This document shows, piece after piece, positions 1 to 9,952 of a DNA stretch of 64,000 nucleotides. This stretch comes from an uncultured Erysipelotrichaceae bacterium. Its GTDB lineage: Bacteria; Bacillota_I; Bacilli_A; RFN20; CAG-826. The notes under the pieces are model-generated. The model did not search any database. It was not told the origin of the DNA and saw only the letters and a list, made by a program, of their open reading frames with translations. The stretch spans positions 9,378 through 73,377 of the forward strand of contig CACYCS010000004.1 in assembly GCA_902773005.1 (NCBI GenBank). The letters run 5' to 3'. Both the position numbers and the translations under genes were made by a program. The stretch's first letter is position 1; every line of letters begins with the position of its first letter.

Positions 1-436
1 TGAGTGGCTGTTCATTATCCTCGTCGGAAATGCGGTTGGGGCGTTTGCCATCGGCTTCCTGATCTATGGCCTCACCTTCATAGATCAAGGCTCCTCGTTT
101 AGCGTTGCGGTTGCCTCGACCGGGCATTCTAGAGCGATGGCATTCGATTTTGAGAACATCTTCAATATGTCATATAAAAGCGTTCTCTGTGGGATGCTTG
201 TCTATATCGCGATCTATCTTTTCAACCGCCTGCCCAATCACTTTGGCAAAGTGGTCGGCGTTGTCGTTCCGATCGCTTTCTTCGTCTTTTGCGGATTTCA
301 GCACTGCGTGGCCAATATGTTCTATATCGTTGCTTCCGGCGAATGGAACGCCAACGCCTTCGTTGGCCTATTGATCTGTATTTTGGGGAATTCCCTTGGG
401 GCGCTTGCCCTCGATCTGTTCGTCAAATACGAATAG
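1..436 (+). CDS. Formate/nitrite transporter family protein (5' truncated by window)
   Basis: Frame is open from position 2 (EWLFIILVGNAVGA...). Contains FNT motifs FVFCGFQHCVANMFY and ILGNSLGA; hydrophobic. Confidence 0.8.
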   Translation, partial: EWLFIILVGNAVGAFAIGFLIYGLTFIDQGSSFSVAVASTGHSRAMAFDFENIFNMSYKSVLCGMLVYIAIYLFNRLPNHFGKVVGVVVPIAFFVFCGFQHCVANMFYIVASGEWNANAFVGLLICILGNSLGALALDLFVKYE

Positions 437-529
437 GCGTTTTACCATGATATTTGTAATCCGTGCCCTTAAAACAACCAAGTGGGACCCATTTTGAGGC
501 AAAATAAGGCTACGTTGTAATATGTGGTC

Positions 530-1276
530 GTGAAGAAATCCATCCTTTTTATTCTTTTCGCGGTAACCGTGTCTTCCATGACGGTCGGATGTAATCTCAC
601 AGCCGAAGCAAAGGACAGGCACCCCGAAACCCGTTTGGCGAAAGACGATGAGAAGCTCATCGATTTCTCAAAGGGCTGGTCAAAGGACTTCATGTTGGCG
701 AACGGTTATCGAAATGGCGACCCGTTTGGCTGCTACTGGTCTAAGGATGCCGCTAGCGTTAAGGATGGGAAGCTGGAGTTAAGCCTCTACGAGAAGGACG
801 GGAACTTCTATGGCGCGGAATACCGCTCCTACAAAAACGCCTTCCATTACGGGTTCTATGCAATCCGGATGAAAGCCGCGGATTGTCCCGGGGTCATCAG
901 TTCCTTCTTCACCTACACCAATCGCCCTGCATGGGATGAGATTGACATTGAGTTCCTTGGCAAAAACATGCGCCAAGTCCAATTCAATTACTACACGCAA
1001 GGCGTAGGTGGCCACGAAAAGCTCGTTGATCTAGGCTTCGACGCTTCCAAGGAATTCCATGAATATGGATTCCATTGGATCGAAGGCTCGATCGCGTGGT
1101 ATGTCGATGGAAAACGGGTGCACATCGCAGCCGAATCCATCCCGAGCAACTCCCAGCAGATCATGATGAACCTTTGGAATTGCAGGGGGCACGATTCCTG
1201 GAGCGGCAAGTTCGATCCGAGCAAGCTGCCCGTGAAATCGGAATACGAGTTCATCGCTTATTCCCCGGAAGCGTGA
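530..1276 (+). CDS. GH16 endo-1,3-1,4-beta-glucanase (lichenase-type), exported
   Basis: Catalytic WDEIDIEFLGK, QFNYY, LGFDAS.EFHEYGFHW; N-terminal signal or lipobox. GTG 530 preferred because TAATAT lies at 518-523; GTG 524 is the alternative. Confidence 0.9.
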   Translation: MKKSILFILFAVTVSSMTVGCNLTAEAKDRHPETRLAKDDEKLIDFSKGWSKDFMLANGYRNGDPFGCYWSKDAASVKDGKLELSLYEKDGNFYGAEYRSYKNAFHYGFYAIRMKAADCPGVISSFFTYTNRPAWDEIDIEFLGKNMRQVQFNYYTQGVGGHEKLVDLGFDASKEFHEYGFHWIEGSIAWYVDGKRVHIAAESIPSNSQQIMMNLWNCRGHDSWSGKFDPSKLPVKSEYEFIAYSPEA

Positions 1277-1321
1277 AGCGACGCGCCGAGGGAAAATACT
1301 TTTTCAGGAGGTCAAATTGAA

Positions 1322-3805
1322 ATGAAAAAGAAATCGCTTTTGCCGCTAGTAGCAAGCGCATTGTTGCTTGCCGCCTGCGGTGGTGGAAAAGTCGTTTATT
1401 CTAGTGTCGACCCTTTGGCTGGCGACAAGATCGGCGACTTCTCCGAAGGAAAGCCTGACGACATCTTTGCGTCCGACGGCTGGAGCAATGGCGCGAATTT
1501 CAACTGCGTCTGGAAAGAGGAAAACGTCACGTTCTCCGATAGCAAGATGCATCTTGCCATCAAAAACGAAGAGGCGAAGGATAACGACAAGACCTATCCT
1601 TATACCGCGGGCGAAGCAAGGACCCACAAGCTCTATGGCTATGGCGACTTCTCGGTCAGGATGAAACCGACTAGCATCGTCGGCACCGTCTCCACCTTCT
1701 TTGTCTACACCGGCGAATGGGATGTCGTGGATGGCCAAAAGCACAAGCACGACGAAATCGACATCGAGTTCCTCGGCAAAGACACCACCAAGGTCCAGTT
1801 CAACTATTTCGTCGGCGGCAAAGGCGGACATGAATACATGTACGACCTCGGATTCGACGCCTCCAAGGAATTCCATGATTATGGATTCCGCTGGGAGAAG
1901 GACACCATCACCTGGATCATCGACGGCAAGACCGCCTATCAGGTCAAGAAGGATGCCAAAAACCCAGAACTACCTTCCACCGCTGGCAGAATCATGACCA
2001 ACTACTGGCCCGCAGCCGAGGCTGGCTGGGCTGGCAAGTTCGAGGGCGCGACCGCGGATACCGTCGATTATGAATGGATCAAAACCTCCGCAACCGGCTC
2101 CTATTGCGATGGCGAGGAGCCTGCGCCTGAGCCCGTGGAGTTCGATTGGGCAAGCGTTGCCGAGACCGATCTCACCTTCTCGACCGGCGACACCGAGACC
2201 TATCACATCACCAAAGAAGATAAAGTGACCACCGTCACCTACGAGAAAGCCAAAGGCTGGGTTAACCTTGGTGCTGGCATCGCCGATGCCGCTAAGCCCA
2301 ATACCGCGGTCAACTTCACCTTGAAGAACAATAGCGCAGCCGCGACTAGCGTCCGCGTCGACGTCCAAGGCACCACCAAAGTCGGCAATTCCGATTGCCT
2401 TAATACCTCCGCCTATGCCAAAGGACATAGCGAGATGTACACCAACATGGAGTGGGGCGGCTCTGAATTCAAACTCGGCGGGAACGAAGAGCTCGCGGTC
2501 ACCGTCAACTACGATCCGACCGGCGAGAAAGGCCTGCCGAAGTCCCTCCTGTTCTATTTCGACTCCATGCAAGCGGACGAGAAAGTCCATGAAGGCGGCA
2601 GCGTCTCCATCAGCAAGGTCCGTTTCGCCAACCCGAGTGGCGAAGCGCCCGTTTACCCAGTTGATCCAGTCGTCTCCGAGCCGATCGTGAGCGAGCCGAC
2701 TGTGAGTGAGCCCCAAGAGTCCGCTGAGCCCCAGGAATACGTTCCGATGGAAGGCGCCCTCGATTTCACCTTCACCGCGACCGACCTTTACACCATCACC
2801 CCAGCCAACCAGGCCACAAAGTCACTTGACGTTGCCTATAGCAAAATATTGGGCAACACCTATGCGACCATCTCTAGCTCCGCCCCTGCGATTCCTAGCG
2901 CCGCGACCGAGTTCGGCGTGAGCCTCGTCAATAACGGAACCGCAGCAGCCAAGATCCGCGTCGACATCCAAGGCACCACCAGAGTCGGCAACACCGCCGC
3001 GATCAACACCTCTGCTTCGGCTGCTGGCCACACCGATGTCTGGACCGACTCCGAATGGGGTGGATCCTCCATCACCATTGCCCCGAAAGAAGAGGCGAGG
3101 TTCGTCGTGAGCTTCGATCAGACGACCGAAAGGGGTGCCGCTACCTGCGTCATCTTCTTCATCGACTCCTTCCAGGGCGACACCACTGAGCGTTCTGGCA
3201 ACATCACTCTCCGCGACTTCACCTTCAATGCCGCGCAGCCCGAAGTTCCTGAGCAATCCGTCGAGCCTGTGCAGTCCGTCGAGCCTGAGCAGTCCGCTGA
3301 GCCCCAGGGCTACGTTCCGATGGAAGGCGCCCTCGACTTCGAGTTCAACGGCAATCCCGCTTACACGGTTACTCCCTCTGGCGAGTCCTCTAAATCCTTC
3401 GATGTCTCTTATCTCAATTTAGCAGGCAACACCTACGCGAACATCTCTAGCTCTTCTCCTGCGATTCCCTCGACCGCAACCAAATTTGCCGTAAGCCTCA
3501 CCAATAACGGCGACTCCAACGCGAAGATCCGCGTCGACATCCAAGGCACCACCAGAGTCGGCAACACCGCCGCGATCAACACCTCTGCTTCGGCTGCGGG
3601 CCACACCGATGTCTGGACCGATTCCGAATGGGGCGGATCGTCGATCACGGTCATTCCTGGCGAAACCGCTAGGTTCGTCGTGAGCTTCGATCAGGCGACC
3701 GAGAGGGGTGCCGCTACCTGCGTCATCATCTTCATCGACTCCTTCCAGGGCGACACCACCGAGCGTTCTGGCAACATCAACCTCCGCGATTTCATCTTCG
3801 AATGA
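1322..3805 (+). CDS. GH16 beta-glucanase lipoprotein with three C-terminal repeat domains
   Basis: Lipobox LLAAC; HDEIDIEFLGKDTTKVQFNYF; P/E/S linkers; three related ~160-aa beta-rich domains; SD AGGAGG upstream. Confidence 0.9.
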   Translation: MKKKSLLPLVASALLLAACGGGKVVYSSVDPLAGDKIGDFSEGKPDDIFASDGWSNGANFNCVWKEENVTFSDSKMHLAIKNEEAKDNDKTYPYTAGEARTHKLYGYGDFSVRMKPTSIVGTVSTFFVYTGEWDVVDGQKHKHDEIDIEFLGKDTTKVQFNYFVGGKGGHEYMYDLGFDASKEFHDYGFRWEKDTITWIIDGKTAYQVKKDAKNPELPSTAGRIMTNYWPAAEAGWAGKFEGATADTVDYEWIKTSATGSYCDGEEPAPEPVEFDWASVAETDLTFSTGDTETYHITKEDKVTTVTYEKAKGWVNLGAGIADAAKPNTAVNFTLKNNSAAATSVRVDVQGTTKVGNSDCLNTSAYAKGHSEMYTNMEWGGSEFKLGGNEELAVTVNYDPTGEKGLPKSLLFYFDSMQADEKVHEGGSVSISKVRFANPSGEAPVYPVDPVVSEPIVSEPTVSEPQESAEPQEYVPMEGALDFTFTATDLYTITPANQATKSLDVAYSKILGNTYATISSSAPAIPSAATEFGVSLVNNGTAAAKIRVDIQGTTRVGNTAAINTSASAAGHTDVWTDSEWGGSSITIAPKEEARFVVSFDQTTERGAATCVIFFIDSFQGDTTERSGNITLRDFTFNAAQPEVPEQSVEPVQSVEPEQSAEPQGYVPMEGALDFEFNGNPAYTVTPSGESSKSFDVSYLNLAGNTYANISSSSPAIPSTATKFAVSLTNNGDSNAKIRVDIQGTTRVGNTAAINTSASAAGHTDVWTDSEWGGSSITVIPGETARFVVSFDQATERGAATCVIIFIDSFQGDTTERSGNINLRDFIFE
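2718..3802 (+). repeat. Intragenic tandem domain duplication (two ~510-bp copies, offset 573 bp)
   Basis: agtccgctgagccccagg...gttccgatggaaggcgccctcga starts at 2718 and 3291. Long identical stretches, e.g. aagatccgcgtcgacatccaaggcaccaccagagtcggcaacaccgccgcgatcaacacctctgcttcggctgc. Confidence 0.95.
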
Positions 3806-3823
3806 TCCACTAAGGATCAATCT

Positions 3824-3861
3824 AACCTCCTGACGTTTCTATTTGCCTCAGGAGGTTTTTC
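3824..3861 (+). terminator. Rho-independent terminator
   Basis: aacctcctga / tcaggaggtt stem followed by a T run after the GH16 genes. Confidence 0.8.
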
Positions 3862-3904
3862 TTCACCCTTTGCGCACCGCAAAGCAAACAACTATCATTA
3901 CCAT

Positions 3905-4525
3905 ATGACTGAACTAGAGAAAATGCTTTCCGGAAAGATCTATGACTGCGCCGATCCGGAGATTGCCGCTTTGCAGCGGAAACTGAACCTATTGAACGAG
4001 GAATGGAACGCTACGCCATCTTCTTCGCCTAGGAAACAAGAGATATTCAAGGAGCTTGCCCCAAACATCCATCCGTCTTGCTTCATCCGCTCACCGGTTT
4101 ACTTCGATTATGGCTGCAACATCTATATGGGCGAGAATAGCTATGCGAACTACAACCTCACGGCACTAGACGTATGCCCGATCTATATCGGCAAAGGCGT
4201 CCATATCGGAAGCGGGGTATCCCTCATCACCCCATTGCATCCCCTAGATGCGGAAGACCGTGCGATATACCGCAATGAGAAAGGCGTGCTAACCGATCAA
4301 GAATATGGCGCCTCCATCACGATCGGCGATCATTGCTGGATCGCATCCAATGCCACGATCCTCCCAGGCGTGACCATTGGGAAGAATTCGATCATCGGCG
4401 CGGGCTCCGTCGTCACCCACGATATCCCAGAAGGCGTCATTGCCGTCGGCAATCCAGCAAGGATACTTCGCAAAATCACCGAGCAGGACAAACTGAAATA
4501 TCACCCTGAATTATTCGCAGAATAA
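3905..4525 (+). CDS. Sugar O-acetyltransferase (maltose/galactoside acetyltransferase family)
   Basis: MTELEKMLSGKIY Mac-like N-terminus, FDYGCNIYMG, hexapeptide repeats IGKNSIIGAGSVVTHDIP, VGNPAR. Confidence 0.9.
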   Translation: MTELEKMLSGKIYDCADPEIAALQRKLNLLNEEWNATPSSSPRKQEIFKELAPNIHPSCFIRSPVYFDYGCNIYMGENSYANYNLTALDVCPIYIGKGVHIGSGVSLITPLHPLDAEDRAIYRNEKGVLTDQEYGASITIGDHCWIASNATILPGVTIGKNSIIGAGSVVTHDIPEGVIAVGNPARILRKITEQDKLKYHPELFAE

Positions 4526-4623
4526 GGGGGACGTGTATCGATTTTCGATGCTTCTAGGGCATCTAGGATGCAACTGATGCCCCATGAATGTAAAATGGTC
4601 ATGCTTGCTAGGAGGTCCTAGGC

Positions 4624-6450
4624 ATGGAAAAGAAGAAGCATATTGCATTTTGGATTTTATTCCCCATTGGGTTTCTGATTCTCGCCGCTATTGCGGTGTT
4701 CATTTTGGATCTAACCAATGGCCCACTTGCATTGTTCGTCATTGAACTGATTATCCTCGCTGCCCTCGCGGTCACTAGCATATTGCTCATCAATCGCAGA
4801 GCGATCCTCCGCGCGGTTCCTTGGGCCGTCGCCTTCATGATGACCGTCGTGCTCTGCATGTTTTCAAAGCCCATTGTCCGCGAGACCAATGCGACATTGA
4901 CGGACAAATTTGAGACGACGAACGCCTTGACGCTCGCTAATGGCGAAGTCAAAGGCGCATACACCGCCGACAAAGAAGTCGAAGTCTACGCTGGCATACC
5001 ATATGCAAAAGCCCCAGTAGGCGAGCTCCGCTGGAAGGAACCGCAACCCATCGAAAACTGGGAAGGAGTTAGGGATTGCACGAAATTCCACGCGAAATCG
5101 ATGCAGCCTGGATCGAATCCCATCATGAACTCTTTGGTCGAGATCTATGCCCAAAAGTCCTGGCATCCCACTTTCAGAACCGGAACCATCGAGCCGCGGA
5201 GTGAGGATTCCCTATACCTTAATATATGGCGCCCAGCCAAATTCACTGGCGAATTGCCAATTCTAGTCTATATCCACGGTGGCTCTTTGACTTCTGGCTC
5301 AAGCGCCTTCAGCGACTATAACGGCGAGACCTTCGCCCGCAATGGGGTTATCACGATCACCATCGCATATCGCTTAGGCGTGTTTGGCTATTTCGCCCAT
5401 CCTGACCTCAAGGCGGAATCGCCTAACGGCACGACTGGCAACTACGGCCTGCTCGACCAGATTCAAGCCCTGAAGTGGGTCAATGAAAACGCATCCTACT
5501 TCGGCGGAGACAAGAATAACATCACGATCGCTGGCGAATCCGCGGGCAGCTCAAGTGTCTCCGCGATCTGCGCTTCGCCACTAGCCAAAGGCTTATTCCG
5601 TCGCGCAATCGGCGAATCTAGCTCTGTCGTCGCACCCCATGTCCCGCACACGTTCAGGACGCTTGATAAAGCCTATGAAACCGCGGACAAGATCTTGAAA
5701 GAGCAGAATTGCTCCTCCATTACGGAGTTGCGCAAGGTTTCTGCAGAGAAGCTCGTCGGTACCGCATATAGCAACGACTGCATGGTCGTAGACGGTTATG
5801 CGCTTCCGAAGATGCCTTACGAGATCTATCAGGACGGGAATAACAACGAGGAGGCACTACTGAACGGCTACAACGTCAAAGAAGCCGATGCCTTTGTCGT
5901 TCCGAAGTTCCTCACTAGCCCCACGAACAAAAACAATATCCGCGAGAGGTTAGCCGATTATTTCGACGCCGAAGCAGCGGATCAGTTCTTAGAAAGGTAT
6001 CGCGACCGCATCGAAAGCGATGCCTTTGGGACCTTCAATGACATCATTTCCCATTACTGGTTCATGCAACCCCATTTCGAGTGGTCGACCATCGCTCGCG
6101 ACAAAGGGGTGAACGTATACCGCTATCAATTCACGAAGGAGAACGGCTATTACGGCACATACCATTCGGGCGAAATGATCTATTGCTATGGAAACGTCGG
6201 GCGTGCGCACCAATTCGCCTATGACGATAGCGATTATGCGCTATCGAAAACAATGGTCAGCTATTGGACGAATTTCGCGAAGACGGGAAACCCTAATGGC
6301 GATAGCCTTCCGATTTGGAGCCCATGGGATCCCGTTAGTAATAAACTGCAGGAACTAGGAACGAACATTGGCCCAATCGAGGAGCGAGCGCTGCCCTCAT
6401 ACAAAATCCTGAGCGATTACGTCGCAAGGAAGGAAGCATCACAAAAATAA
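4624..6450 (+). CDS. Carboxylesterase type B (pNB-esterase-like), membrane-anchored
   Basis: GIPYAKAPVGELRW, SEDSLYLNIW, HGG oxyanion motif, GESAG nucleophile, YWTNFAKTGNPN; three N-terminal TM segments. Confidence 0.9.
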   Translation: MEKKKHIAFWILFPIGFLILAAIAVFILDLTNGPLALFVIELIILAALAVTSILLINRRAILRAVPWAVAFMMTVVLCMFSKPIVRETNATLTDKFETTNALTLANGEVKGAYTADKEVEVYAGIPYAKAPVGELRWKEPQPIENWEGVRDCTKFHAKSMQPGSNPIMNSLVEIYAQKSWHPTFRTGTIEPRSEDSLYLNIWRPAKFTGELPILVYIHGGSLTSGSSAFSDYNGETFARNGVITITIAYRLGVFGYFAHPDLKAESPNGTTGNYGLLDQIQALKWVNENASYFGGDKNNITIAGESAGSSSVSAICASPLAKGLFRRAIGESSSVVAPHVPHTFRTLDKAYETADKILKEQNCSSITELRKVSAEKLVGTAYSNDCMVVDGYALPKMPYEIYQDGNNNEEALLNGYNVKEADAFVVPKFLTSPTNKNNIRERLADYFDAEAADQFLERYRDRIESDAFGTFNDIISHYWFMQPHFEWSTIARDKGVNVYRYQFTKENGYYGTYHSGEMIYCYGNVGRAHQFAYDDSDYALSKTMVSYWTNFAKTGNPNGDSLPIWSPWDPVSNKLQELGTNIGPIEERALPSYKILSDYVARKEASQK

Positions 6451-6478
6451 CGCAGGCGTGTATTCGAATTCGCCTGCG
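6451..6478 (-). terminator. Terminator hairpin (T-tract on minus strand)
   Basis: cgcaggcg / cgcctgcg stem preceded by aaaaataa on the + strand. Confidence 0.6.
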
Positions 6479-6484
6479 CCAAGG

Positions 6485-6758
6485 CTATTTGATGATGACG
6501 TTTCTGCGCCTAGGATCGATGACCTTGATCTTAGGCTTTTCTTTTGTGCGCACAGCCGAGATAACGATTTGATCTTTATCGCATTGGACGTGGAACGCGG
6601 TGAAGCTATGGTTCCCTTCCTGCAATGGGGGATTCTCCGTCGTCCAATAGATACGAGGATTCAAATTTCCCTTCGTTCCATCAAGAAATTGCTTTAGCAA
6701 CTCCTTGAAAGCCGTTTCCGGGTCGCGCGAAGTGAATCGGATATTTTCAAAAAATCAT
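6485..6758 (-). pseudogene. Possible small gene with a +1 frameshift in a T6 run near its start
   Basis: Minus strand reads ATG ATT TTT TGA. Removing one T joins this to the open frame ending at TAG 6485 (~90 aa). A minus-oriented terminator follows. Confidence 0.3.
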
Positions 6759-6794
6759 TTTGGTCTAGAATATTTGGCCGAAAGGAGTCAATCA

Positions 6795-7250
6795 ATGAAA
6801 AAACTAAAAGATCTCGGGCCAATCATCTTCATCGGAGGCGTCGTCGTTGCGATTATTGCCTTTGTCCTCTTGTTGGCGACCCCAGCGGTTGTCGCTGGCA
6901 ATGATTATGTCAGCGTGAACATGAGCGGAACCTTGGTAGTTTTCGGCAATGAGTATGCTAATCCGGTCGGCGTAGCGCTTGCAGCTTGGATCCTTCTGCT
7001 CATCGCCCTTGTCGCCGGTTTGGCAGTCATCGTCCTTGATCTGCTCAAGATCAAGCTTCCCGCCATTGCTTTCCTTGGCATCAAGCTATTGGTCGCCGTT
7101 CTCTTCTTGGTCGCCGGTATCCTCGTATTCACTGTCGCCTCTGCGGTGGGTGGCGGGTCGCTCGGCGCTGGCTGGCTCATCGGCGGAATCCTTCTCATCC
7201 TCGGATTCGTTGCCTGTGTTTGCCCTGTCGTCCTTAACTTCGTCAAGTAA
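6795..7250 (+). CDS. Hypothetical 4-TM membrane protein
   Basis: SD AAAGGAG, ATG 6795, four hydrophobic segments, followed by a terminator. Confidence 0.8.
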   Translation: MKKLKDLGPIIFIGGVVVAIIAFVLLLATPAVVAGNDYVSVNMSGTLVVFGNEYANPVGVALAAWILLLIALVAGLAVIVLDLLKIKLPAIAFLGIKLLVAVLFLVAGILVFTVASAVGGGSLGAGWLIGGILLILGFVACVCPVVLNFVK

Positions 7251-7258
7251 GTTTTGGA

Positions 7259-7310
7259 CCTATAACGAAAAGTGTCGCCCTTACGCTGGACGGCACTTTT
7301 TCGTTATAGG
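7259..7310. terminator. Bidirectional terminator between convergent genes
   Basis: cctataacgaaaagtgtc / ggcactttttcgttatagg inverted repeat. Confidence 0.8.
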
Positions 7311-7313
7311 ACC

Positions 7314-9293
7314 TTAGATTGCGTGAACCGCAAGGTATTGTACATAGACGGCGTTCGTGATGTTGGTGATCTCGATTTTCACTTTCCCAGTCGCTGGCGT
7401 CTCTAGCATCTGGCCAACTGTCACGGTCGTTTTGTTATCGACGTAGGTCATCCTGAATGATCCGACGGCTACATCGCCAACCGACATTGCGACGTTATAA
7501 GTGCAATTGGCTGCGGTTGCCCCGGAAAGGTAGACGCCCGTCACGGTCGATTTCCCGAAATAGGAGAAGGCCGAAGTTGTCTCAAAAGTGAGTTTTGTAA
7601 CTGGTGCGGAAGCGGTTCCGAATTTGCATCCTAGTGCAGCGGAATTTGACTGAACGGATCCGCTTTGGAAAGTGACGTCCCAGTTGACTCCATCGAAATC
7701 GAGCGTATGCGTGACACCGTTTTCGGCTGCGATACCCGCGAAATCGTTGCCGGTCGACTTTGCGGTCACTTTGTGGTTCCATGTCGCGGATTGGATGGGA
7801 TCGGTTTCAACTAGGACATTGTATTCGATGTCGTTGATCGGCGTTTTGATGGTCAATGTTTGATTCCCGCCGAAAGCGAATTCCCCTCCGTCGGTTGCGC
7901 CTTCAACGGTGAATCCGGTGAATGGAGTTTCATTGAGATTATGGTCCACAGCGACTAGGGAGATATCGCTAAGATGGAAAATGTCGTCGTCATCATATTG
8001 GCGCTTGGCGGTGTCTATGGCGTAGTGGTGCACGCCTTGCTGATTTATTCCTAGGGATTCGTAGCTTGAAAGTAGATCTGATAGGGAACCGGCCTGTTCT
8101 TTCTTATCGCCAAAGACATAATCGACTAGCCCAGGGAAATCGACATATGGGTTTCGGTTGCCTTGCGCGACGTTATGGGTTGGATCGTTATGGACGTTAG
8201 GGATATAGCCATAAACGGATTCGTTGTGCTGGTACTCGTTTAAATCGACTGGGAATTCGCTCCAGGACAATAGTTCGGACAGATGGCCAATCGCGAATGC
8301 ACAGTCTTCGCCCGAAACGTAAGGAACGTCCTCTTCGACGATCTGAAGTCCGCCCATCATAATGTCGTTTTTCGAGTCGTATTCATCTTCGCAATACATG
8401 GTTGCCATATAGAAGATTGCACGTGATAACCTTCCTTTGTCGTGATCGGCTGGCTCGAATGTGACGGAGTCGTAGCAATAGCCATCTTTCTTATCGGATG
8501 TGCGACGATCGGTAAAGCTCGGCGCAGAAGGATTGGCAACGCCATAGTTCTTATTACCGCGCGATGTATTTCCATTTTCCGTTGAAGCGAAAAGATTATG
8601 GAAATCGGTTGCACGTCCTAGCTCTTTGACCGCGTTCCCGGTCGTTGATCCCGTCATGAGGGACGCGCACCAAGCGTGCTCTCTTTGCCATTTGCCGGTT
8701 GAGGTCTTTAGCATTGGCGAATCCGAATACACGGGGTCGACAAATTCGTGGTCATAAAGATATTCGTCTGCCTCAGAATTGGAGACCCAGTTCGTGACGG
8801 AACCCGCATATGTCAAAGGTTGATAGGTACCGCCGTGGATGATTTCGTGTAGCTTCGCCTTAAGGTCATCCCCATCGTCCCATGTGCTTAAGGAGGCATA
8901 ATATCCGCCATAGATTTCGTGCGGATCGAGGTGAACTTCAGGTTCGCTTGATTGAACCGGCTCCTCGCTTATAACAATGGGATCCTCGCTCGAGATGCTT
9001 GGCTGTTCAGATGAAACAACGATCTCGCTTGGAACAGCTTCTTCGCTAGAAAGCGATTCGAAAGGCTGCTCACTCGAAACTTCGATCTGTGTTGAAGAAG
9101 TTTTAGGCGGCTCGCTGCTTGAAATAGCGGGAGCGGGCGAAGACTTCTCTGGAATTGAAGGAGATTGCGAAACTTCCTCTGAAACTGGCGCTTCGTTAGA
9201 GGAATCTGGAAGCAAAGAAAATGGCGTGCTTGGCGCGCCGCAGGACGCAAGACCCAAGAGAAGCAGTGGAATCGTCGCCAAAAATCTTTTCAT
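7314..9293 (-). CDS. Endonuclease I family extracellular nuclease lipoprotein
   Basis: Lipobox LASC, Ser/Glu/Pro linker, WQREHAW, TDFHNLF, NTSRGN, KGRLSRAIFYM, QGNRNPYVDFP; beta-rich C-terminal domain. Confidence 0.85.
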   Translation of the reverse strand: MKRFLATIPLLLLGLASCGAPSTPFSLLPDSSNEAPVSEEVSQSPSIPEKSSPAPAISSSEPPKTSSTQIEVSSEQPFESLSSEEAVPSEIVVSSEQPSISSEDPIVISEEPVQSSEPEVHLDPHEIYGGYYASLSTWDDGDDLKAKLHEIIHGGTYQPLTYAGSVTNWVSNSEADEYLYDHEFVDPVYSDSPMLKTSTGKWQREHAWCASLMTGSTTGNAVKELGRATDFHNLFASTENGNTSRGNKNYGVANPSAPSFTDRRTSDKKDGYCYDSVTFEPADHDKGRLSRAIFYMATMYCEDEYDSKNDIMMGGLQIVEEDVPYVSGEDCAFAIGHLSELLSWSEFPVDLNEYQHNESVYGYIPNVHNDPTHNVAQGNRNPYVDFPGLVDYVFGDKKEQAGSLSDLLSSYESLGINQQGVHHYAIDTAKRQYDDDDIFHLSDISLVAVDHNLNETPFTGFTVEGATDGGEFAFGGNQTLTIKTPINDIEYNVLVETDPIQSATWNHKVTAKSTGNDFAGIAAENGVTHTLDFDGVNWDVTFQSGSVQSNSAALGCKFGTASAPVTKLTFETTSAFSYFGKSTVTGVYLSGATAANCTYNVAMSVGDVAVGSFRMTYVDNKTTVTVGQMLETPATGKVKIEITNITNAVYVQYLAVHAI

Positions 9294-9336
9294 GGCCTAA
9301 TTATCGCATGGGAGAATTTTTCGAAAAACAAATTTA

Positions 9337-9840
9337 TTAGACTACGGCCTTTTTCCTGGCCCAGTAGATACGGCTTTCTACGTATTTGACAATCATGATG
9401 ATCAACGCGGCGAATTCGCATGCGATTGAGAAATAGAAGCCAGGGGCATAAGTGAGCCCTGCAAGGGGGATGCTGCTATTTGTTAGGGAGATAAATAGAG
9501 GGGACATGAACTCTAGAGCCATGCCAGCGACGAGCAATATCAAACCGATCATGAGCTGATGGGGAAGGTTTTTGCCTAGCATCGCGCTGATGAATGCAAG
9601 CACATAAAGCTGGATCATGATGATCAAGGGGATATTCGGCGAGAAATAGAACGAATAGGAGTCGATGGTCAAAGGGCCTCCGAAATAGACGCTGAATGAA
9701 GAGAATGGAACCAGTTTGTCGTCCATTGTCCACGCTCCCGCGATAGGGAGAAGGGCAAGCACGGCCCCAGCCATGATGAAAAACGCGGCGAGATAAACAA
9801 GCGCTCCGCGATTCTTTTCCTCTTTGATCCTGCTGGCCAT
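9337..9840 (-). CDS. Hypothetical 4-TM membrane protein
   Basis: 167-aa ORF with four hydrophobic segments; TATAAT shortly upstream. Confidence 0.75.
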   Translation of the reverse strand: MASRIKEEKNRGALVYLAAFFIMAGAVLALLPIAGAWTMDDKLVPFSSFSVYFGGPLTIDSYSFYFSPNIPLIIMIQLYVLAFISAMLGKNLPHQLMIGLILLVAGMALEFMSPLFISLTNSSIPLAGLTYAPGFYFSIACEFAALIIMIVKYVESRIYWARKKAVV

Positions 9841-9952
9841 AATGTCGATATTATACGCTTTACGCGCGATGATGGGAGACTATGAATCTAGGGGTGCTTT
9901 CCGCTCTTCTTCCTTTTATTTGCGCAGCAAAAGGGCCAAGATATTATTCGAC

